A DNA stretch of 64,000 bases. Origin: Candidatus Thorarchaeota archaeon (GTDB lineage: Archaea > Asgardarchaeota > Thorarchaeia > Thorarchaeales > Thorarchaeaceae). The stretch is from assembly GCA_011364905.1 (NCBI GenBank), contig RDNZ01000007.1:16394-80393 (forward strand). The letters are read 5' to 3'. The notes beneath the pieces were generated by a model. That model did no database searches, was not told the origin of the DNA, and worked only from the letters and a program-made list of their open reading frames with translations. Numbering within the stretch: position 1 is the stretch's first letter; every line of letters begins with the position of its first letter. Positions 58,031 to 64,000 of the stretch are shown here, piece after piece. Both the position numbers and the translations under genes were made by a program.

Positions 58031-59120
58031 GATCTCTTGGCATGAAAGTAAGCAGTTCTGGTTTGTAATCGCGAATGCACACTAGGTCTTCAATCCGGAT
58101 ACCGAATTTCCCTTCGAGATATATTCCTGGTTCAATACTATGACACATTCCTGATTTCAGTTCCTGAGAATTGCCACGAACCACATATGGCTGTTCATGA
58201 ACCTCAAGGCCAATACCATGACCGAGTCTATGTGTGAAGTAGTCGCCAAATCCAGCATCATCAATGATTCTTCGAGCTATACCATCAGCAGTTCCACAAG
58301 TCATGCCAGCGACAACTTTCTCGATGGCTGTTTCTTGGGCACGAAGGACTGTTGAATAGACCGCTTTGATCTCCTCCGTTGGAGTGCCTGCAACACCTAC
58401 TCGGGTCATGTCAGTATTGTAGCCATTTAGCTCACAGCCACAGTCCATTAGCACCACATCGCCTTTCTTTAGCGCTCTATTTCCCGGTGCAGCATGAGGC
58501 AGTGCGCTGTTCTCGCCGAATTGCACAGCTGCGAATGTCGGAGTTGCTCCCTGACGGCGAATCTCCTTGTGAACTGTTTCTTGCACTTCGAGTTCAGTCA
58601 TACCAATTTCAGCTTCTTGAAAGGCTTTGAGTACTGCATCATTTATGATGTGACCAGCTTGTTTCATTAACTCGATTTCTGAAACTGATTTGGTTATACG
58701 CATGGATTCAATCATGGAACTGATTGAAGCTACTTTATGAAAGGCACCCATGGCATTCTCTAGCGCCCAAAAGACGCCCAATGGAGTATTCGCATCAACC
58801 AAAACAGAATGCCCTCCACTCTTATGCCCAACCAAACCTGCAACAACGGAGTATGGATCTTCATCCTCAGCCCAAGGCAATAAGTCGCCAATCCAAGTGT
58901 GAGAAGCGTGGTCTGTCATTTCAAATGCAGGGACAATAATGTGAGGATTCTCGCCCTTCTTAATAATGAGAGCAAGAAGTCTTTCACGCATATCATACTT
59001 AAAACCAGCAAGGTACTGAAAATTTGGAGACGGGGTCAAAAATGCAAAGTCGGACCCAGTTGACTCCAGAAAACTCTGAATTTTACTTATCCTCTCTCTG
59101 TATACTGATTCGTCAAGCAT
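58008..59120 (-). CDS. Xaa-Pro peptidase (M24B)
   Basis: DCG, DMTR, HRLGHGIGLEVHE, EPGIY, RIED; start adjusted to MLDESV. Confidence 0.9.
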   Translation of the reverse strand: MLDESVYRERISKIQSFLESTGSDFAFLTPSPNFQYLAGFKYDMRERLLALIIKKGENPHIIVPAFEMTDHASHTWIGDLLPWAEDEDPYSVVAGLVGHKSGGHSVLVDANTPLGVFWALENAMGAFHKVASISSMIESMRITKSVSEIELMKQAGHIINDAVLKAFQEAEIGMTELEVQETVHKEIRRQGATPTFAAVQFGENSALPHAAPGNRALKKGDVVLMDCGCELNGYNTDMTRVGVAGTPTEEIKAVYSTVLRAQETAIEKVVAGMTCGTADGIARRIIDDAGFGDYFTHRLGHGIGLEVHEQPYVVRGNSQELKSGMCHSIEPGIYLEGKFGIRIEDLVCIRDYKPELLTFMPRDLIQIGPQ

Positions 59121-59240
59121 CGATAAGCTTTCACAACCATGACCAGTATACGAACAGTACCACATAACAATGACGGTTGACTCAACATGTAGCGTAAGAA
59201 CTAGAGTTAATAGGAGGTCGAAGCGCCTCGACAAATACTG

Positions 59241-60617
59241 ATGATAGAGGCTGATGTGCAAGTTGAGAGCCCTGTAGACAAAAGGCTACCAGCGCGTGCA
59301 TATATTGTCGGAGCATTAACCCAGTTTGGAGTAGGCTTGTATGCTCCCTTTATCCAAGCATATTTAATCGACATGCAGGTGGCCCTCAGAGGCGTTCAGA
59401 ACTTCGCTGAACAAGGAGCATTTCGAAGCGTAGGTAACTTCGCACCAACAGTTCTTCAACCAGTATGGGGAGCAACCTCCGATAAGGTGAGAAAGACCAA
59501 GGCATTTGTTGCATTCGGTACATTGACAGGTCTTCTTGTTGTCTATATGTTCCTCTGGGCTGCAACACCAATTGATTTGATTGTCCTCTATGCGGTCCAA
59601 TCAATCCTATTCAGCATTCAAATCCCAACCTGGTTATCATTAATAGGGGGGTTAATGGATGAGAAAAACAGGGGAATTGAGCTTGGTAAGCTAGGGCTTG
59701 CTACTAATGTGGCATCTTTATCTGCCACAATGATGTCAGGTTTCATTGCTGTATTGCCAGCGGTTGTACCGTTGCTCAGAACCCTCTTTGGCCCACTGTT
59801 ATTCCCAATTCAATTAGGTACTCAGGCTTTTAGAGTTGCATACTATGGACCGTTCTTCTTTACAGCCGTGGTGGGAATAATCTCGTCTCTTCTTTCACTA
59901 ACAATTAAGGAATACACTAAGCAGCGTGATGGACCAACAAGATTCCCACCAATTCATCGGTTGATATCGCAACCAGGTGATTTCCGCAGATTCTGTTTTG
60001 TGGCTGTGTTCTTCTCATTTGCAATGTCCATGGCATGGCCATATTTCATAGTAGTCCAAAAAACTTGGTTGAACAACTCCAACCTTGAGATTGCTATTGC
60101 GTCAGCGCTCATGACCCTAGCTACCATAATATTCACCATTCCATTCGGAAAACTAAGTGACAGGGTAGGAAGAAAGCCGCTGATAATCCTAGGAAGAGGA
60201 CTATTATGCCTAGTCCCAATAATGTACGCATTTGCTCAAAATGTGTACTATGTTTATGCAGCCAACATACTAGCAGGTTTTTGCGTAGCTTCAAGCTTTA
60301 ATGCCATCACTGCATATATCTACGATATTGCTCCAGAAGCGGAACGAGGATCTCACCTTGCTGTGTTTAACACGTTCACGGGATTAGTATACTTGATTGG
60401 GTCTTTGATTGCAGGATTCGTCGGACAAGCCATTTTTGAAGCATTTGGAAGCGCTTATTTCTCGGTCTTCATTATGCTGGTCTTGAGTGGGGTTCTTCGA
60501 TTCTTTGCATCATTCTTTTACCTGCTCATCCGAGAGCCAAGAGAATATAGCTCAACCATCTGGCTGGAACTCAGAGCTCGCTTTCCCGGCAGACGTCACG
60601 ATGCGGATATCGCCTAG
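59241..60617 (+). CDS. MFS transporter
   Basis: GKLSDRVGRKP motif, 12 TM. Confidence 0.85.
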   Translation: MIEADVQVESPVDKRLPARAYIVGALTQFGVGLYAPFIQAYLIDMQVALRGVQNFAEQGAFRSVGNFAPTVLQPVWGATSDKVRKTKAFVAFGTLTGLLVVYMFLWAATPIDLIVLYAVQSILFSIQIPTWLSLIGGLMDEKNRGIELGKLGLATNVASLSATMMSGFIAVLPAVVPLLRTLFGPLLFPIQLGTQAFRVAYYGPFFFTAVVGIISSLLSLTIKEYTKQRDGPTRFPPIHRLISQPGDFRRFCFVAVFFSFAMSMAWPYFIVVQKTWLNNSNLEIAIASALMTLATIIFTIPFGKLSDRVGRKPLIILGRGLLCLVPIMYAFAQNVYYVYAANILAGFCVASSFNAITAYIYDIAPEAERGSHLAVFNTFTGLVYLIGSLIAGFVGQAIFEAFGSAYFSVFIMLVLSGVLRFFASFFYLLIREPREYSSTIWLELRARFPGRRHDADIA

Positions 60618-60682
60618 GATAGACATACTTAAGGAGATGTTATAGAATCCACTTTTCTAACAACTAAGAGGATTGCATCAGG

Positions 60683-61033
60683 TTGGATAATGCACCCAGC
60701 TTTGAGGACAGTTGGAAAATAGAAATCAGAAGAGGAATTCTTCAATATGCAGTCCTTGCCATAGTTAATCGTCATGAGAGAGGTATTCATGGCTATGGGA
60801 TTGCTCGTGAGCTTGAAGAAAAGACTGACGGACTTCTTCAAGTCAAGGAGGGTACACTATATCCAATACTTCACCGTCTTCGGAAAGAACGACTACTGAA
60901 TGTTCATACTGAGAAATCAGAGTCGGGTCCAATCAGGAAGGTCTATGTCCTAACGGGAGAAGGCGACCGAGTTTTTCGTCAGCTGTCTATTCTTGTTGGA
61001 GATATCTTTGAAAAACTGGAGGCGCTCAAATAA
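60683..61033 (+). CDS. PadR family transcriptional regulator
   Basis: HGYGI, EGTLYPILHRL, RKVYVLT. Confidence 0.9.
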   Translation: MDNAPSFEDSWKIEIRRGILQYAVLAIVNRHERGIHGYGIARELEEKTDGLLQVKEGTLYPILHRLRKERLLNVHTEKSESGPIRKVYVLTGEGDRVFRQLSILVGDIFEKLEALK

Positions 61034-61476
61034 TGAGTGATAAACAAATCGATCGTGATATAGAGAATTACATGAAAAGAATAGCTAAACTGCTTCCCGA
61101 TGGTTTTGAAACAGAAGACCTCTTAGAAGATCTGAGAGCTCATATCTATGAATCGTTCAATGCGAAGGTCCAGAAGGAACCTACAGAAGACAAACATCGT
61201 TTAATCATGGAAGTACTTCAGGCACTCGGTACGCCTGAGGAAATTGCAGAGGAATACGGTAAGGAGAAGCTTGCTGAAGAAGAAACGAGTCCAACAGACA
61301 GATGGATATACTATACAATGCGACTGACAGTGGCAATCTTAGTCATTGTGCTAGCGTCCTGGATTGTTTCAGTAATCTCGGAGGGCGCAATAAATTTTGC
61401 ACTTGCAGTTGTTGTATTGCTTGCCTTTGCACTCCTCGAATGGGTAGTTAGAACACAACAGACAAAGGATGCTTGA
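61033..61476 (+). CDS. HAAS/DUF1700-type membrane protein (PadR partner)
   Basis: LRAHI, LGTPEEIAEEY followed by 2 TM. Confidence 0.75.
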   Translation: MSDKQIDRDIENYMKRIAKLLPDGFETEDLLEDLRAHIYESFNAKVQKEPTEDKHRLIMEVLQALGTPEEIAEEYGKEKLAEEETSPTDRWIYYTMRLTVAILVIVLASWIVSVISEGAINFALAVVVLLAFALLEWVVRTQQTKDA

Positions 61477-61479
61477 TCA

Positions 61480-62049
61480 ATGACGATAAAAACAGTCTAT
61501 TTTGACAAGGCTTCATCAGCACATACCGAGAAAGTTCTCGACTTGGTTAAAGACCACTTAGATTCGAATCCAGATATCGAACATCTGATTGTGGCAACAA
61601 CAAAGGGAGCCACCGGTCTCGTAGCGGCTGAAAAGTTCCAAAACAAGAAAGTGATTGTAGTATCACATCAGACCGGATTCGCGGCTGAGAATGTGAATGA
61701 GCTAACCGAAGAGAATAGACTGAGAATTGAATCATTTGGAGCAAAGGTGCTCACCGCAACTCACGCATTTGCTGGAGTCGCCCGCAGCATTAGAAAGGAG
61801 TTGGGAACATGGATGCCTACTGAGATCATTGCTGTAGCTCTCAAAACATTCGGGCAAGGCACTAAGGTCTGCGCAGAGATTGCAATGATGGCTGCTGATG
61901 CCGGTCTTGTTCCTGTAGACAAGGACGTAATTTGCGTTGCTGGAACCGGAAGAGGTGCAGATACTGCATGGGTCATCAGACCAACTTATTCGCAATTCTT
62001 TCCAAGAATCAGAATGAAAGCGTGTTTATGCAAACCGTTAGAGTTCTAG
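61480..62049 (+). CDS. Pyruvate kinase C-terminal-like (MTH1675-type) protein
   Basis: VATTKGATG, FGQGTKVC.EI..MAADAG, GTGRGADTA. Confidence 0.8.
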   Translation: MTIKTVYFDKASSAHTEKVLDLVKDHLDSNPDIEHLIVATTKGATGLVAAEKFQNKKVIVVSHQTGFAAENVNELTEENRLRIESFGAKVLTATHAFAGVARSIRKELGTWMPTEIIAVALKTFGQGTKVCAEIAMMAADAGLVPVDKDVICVAGTGRGADTAWVIRPTYSQFFPRIRMKACLCKPLEF

Positions 62050-63086
62050 CCGAAGATATCCTCGAATTTGGATAGGTATTCCTTTTGTTCTTTGCTCATT
62101 TTTCGAGGGACATAGATGTTCACTCTCACAAGTTGGTCACCAGTTCGACCATTCTCTGTATGAACTCCTTTTCCTTTCATTCGAAACAGAGTTCCGCTCT
62201 CGGTCCCCTTCTTCACCTTTATCACACTACTTCCCCACATAGTTGGAACCTCAACTTCGCCACCCAGGGCTGCAGTTGAAAACGGAATGTCGGTTTCCAA
62301 ATATACATGGAGACCTCTCCGTACAAAGGCATCATGTTTCCCTACTGAGAACATCAGGATGAGATCTCCCGGGGGACCTCCTCTGGGTCCAAAGTTACCA
62401 CCACCTTGGATTCTGATTCCTTGTCCATCCTCTACTCCTGGGGGAATGGGTACTTTTGTTTCTCTGCGCTCGTCCTGCAGTCCTTGCCCCTTGCACTTAG
62501 GACATGGAGTTTCAATTGACTCTCCAAGTCCGCCGCAGGTTGGACATGTTTGAGCCACTCTCATGAAACCACCCATAGACCGCACTATTTGACCTTGTCC
62601 TCCACAAGTACGACATTGTGTGGGAGAGGTTCCTGGTTTAGCTCCACTTCCACCACAGTTCTCGCAACTAATCTTCCTTTTAAACGCAATTTCCTTTTCC
62701 GTACCAAAGAAGGCCTCATTAAAGCTCAATTTTATCGTCATGCGCAGCGTTTGGCCTGGCGGGGGTCCAGCTCTCCCGCTTCGCCCAAATCCCATGTCCC
62801 CGAAGCCTCCAAAACCACGAAAGAGAGAACTGAAAAGGTCGCCAAATCCACCCATATCAACCCTTTCAAAATCTGCTGTACCATATCTATCATAATTTGC
62901 TCGTTTTTCAGAGTCACCTAGGACATCATATGCCTCGTTAATTCGTTTTAACTTCTCTTCGGCACTTTTATCGGGATTTCGATCTGGATGATACTCCTTG
63001 GCTAGTCGACGATATGCCTTTCTAATCTCATCCTGAGTGGCTCTACGGTCCACTCCTAGAATGCCATAGTAGTCATCTTCGGCCAA
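62046..63086 (-). CDS. dnaJ: Chaperone DnaJ
   Basis: HPD J-domain, G/F region, four CxxCxGxG repeats. Confidence 0.95.
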   Translation of the reverse strand: MAEDDYYGILGVDRRATQDEIRKAYRRLAKEYHPDRNPDKSAEEKLKRINEAYDVLGDSEKRANYDRYGTADFERVDMGGFGDLFSSLFRGFGGFGDMGFGRSGRAGPPPGQTLRMTIKLSFNEAFFGTEKEIAFKRKISCENCGGSGAKPGTSPTQCRTCGGQGQIVRSMGGFMRVAQTCPTCGGLGESIETPCPKCKGQGLQDERRETKVPIPPGVEDGQGIRIQGGGNFGPRGGPPGDLILMFSVGKHDAFVRRGLHVYLETDIPFSTAALGGEVEVPTMWGSSVIKVKKGTESGTLFRMKGKGVHTENGRTGDQLVRVNIYVPRKMSKEQKEYLSKFEDIFG

Positions 63087-63109
63087 AGAGCATCACCTAT
63101 TACCTGAGC

Positions 63110-64000
63110 TTAATCGAGGTCTTCGAAGTCGACATCAACAACATCTTCATCGTCGTCCTTTGATGTCTTTTCGGTAGTTGGCCCAGTCGGTCCAGTCGCT
63201 CCGGCACCAGCCATATGACTCGGATCGAATCCTGCGGAGCCAGGACCCGCAGCTCCGGCTCCAGCTTTCGAGTAGACTTTCTCCGAGATCTTGTAGATTA
63301 TCTGTTGAAGTTCTTCAGTACCAGACTTCATCTTCTGAAGGTCATCCGACTCAATGGCTTTCTGCAATTCAGCGGCCTTTGTTTCAAACTCCTTTTTGAG
63401 GTCGCCAAGATCTTCTTTTACTAACTCTTTGAGAAGTTTTTCACCTTGGTATATCATCTGTTCAGCATTATTCCTTGTCTGGACTGCATCCTCACGTTTT
63501 GCATCTTCCTCTGCATACTTCTCTGCGTCTTTTACCATTCGGTTGACATCATCATCAGAGAGATTAGTTGTTGCAGTAATCGTGATGGACTGCTCGTTAC
63601 CAGTAGCAATATCTTTGGCTTTGACATTCACAATACCGTTTGCATCTATGTCAAAGGACACCTCAATTTTAGGCGTACCACGAGGAGCAGGCGGAATTCC
63701 AACGAGTTGGAATCTACCTAATGTCATGTTGTCTGTAACCATTTTCCTCTCCCCTTGAACAACATGGATATCCACGGCAGTCTGGCCATCAGCGGCAGTA
63801 GTGAATGTCTTGCTCTTTCGCGTAGGAATTGTTGTATTGCGATCAATAAGCGGTGTTGCTATCCCGCCAAGGGTTTCAATACTAAGTGTAAGAGGTGTCA
63901 CATCAAGCAATAGAATGTCCTTGACATCTCCTGCTAGCACTCCAGCTTGTGCGGCTGCACCTAGAGCAACGCACTCATCTGGGTTGATGCTCTTGTCGCC
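63110..64000 (-). CDS. dnaK: Chaperone DnaK, 5'-truncated by window edge
   Basis: [35 protein letters not shown]; frame open to 64000. Confidence 0.95.
   Translation of the reverse strand, partial: GDKSINPDECVALGAAAQAGVLAGDVKDILLLDVTPLTLSIETLGGIATPLIDRNTTIPTRKSKTFTTAADGQTAVDIHVVQGERKMVTDNMTLGRFQLVGIPPAPRGTPKIEVSFDIDANGIVNVKAKDIATGNEQSITITATTNLSDDDVNRMVKDAEKYAEEDAKREDAVQTRNNAEQMIYQGEKLLKELVKEDLGDLKKEFETKAAELQKAIESDDLQKMKSGTEELQQIIYKISEKVYSKAGAGAAGPGSAGFDPSHMAGAGATGPTGPTTEKTSKDDDEDVVDVDFEDLD

Overview
Archaeal chromosomal window. The lineage is most likely Asgard (probably Thorarchaeia), inferred from archaeal informational genes (radA, top6A/B, aRF1, pheS/pheT, single-OB SSB, GGR, cofE) occurring with two Rab-like small GTPases, a roadblock protein and bacterial-type dnaK-dnaJ. 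About 55 CDS are recognisable. I found no rRNA, canonical tRNA, CRISPR array or transposase. Highlights: (1) a CRISPR-less Cas4-like nuclease split into two coupled genes, each half carrying its own transmembrane helix at the split point (26134-27067). (2) A catabolic operon in which a diol-dehydratase-like glycyl radical enzyme sits directly upstream of KDG kinase and KDPG aldolase, suggesting a radical entry into the Entner-Doudoroff route (11730-16989). (3) Several intergenic, closed multibranch RNA-like folds that match no family I recognise (6106-6226, 21096-21342, 24346-24421, 28762-28915, and the ~1 kb ORF-free block 50840-51853). (4) A Topo VI A subunit with a ~390-aa Lys-rich/HhH N-terminal extension, and an aRF1 with altered stop-decoding loops. 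All annotation is by eye from motifs and base pairing; no database searches or folding programs were run.
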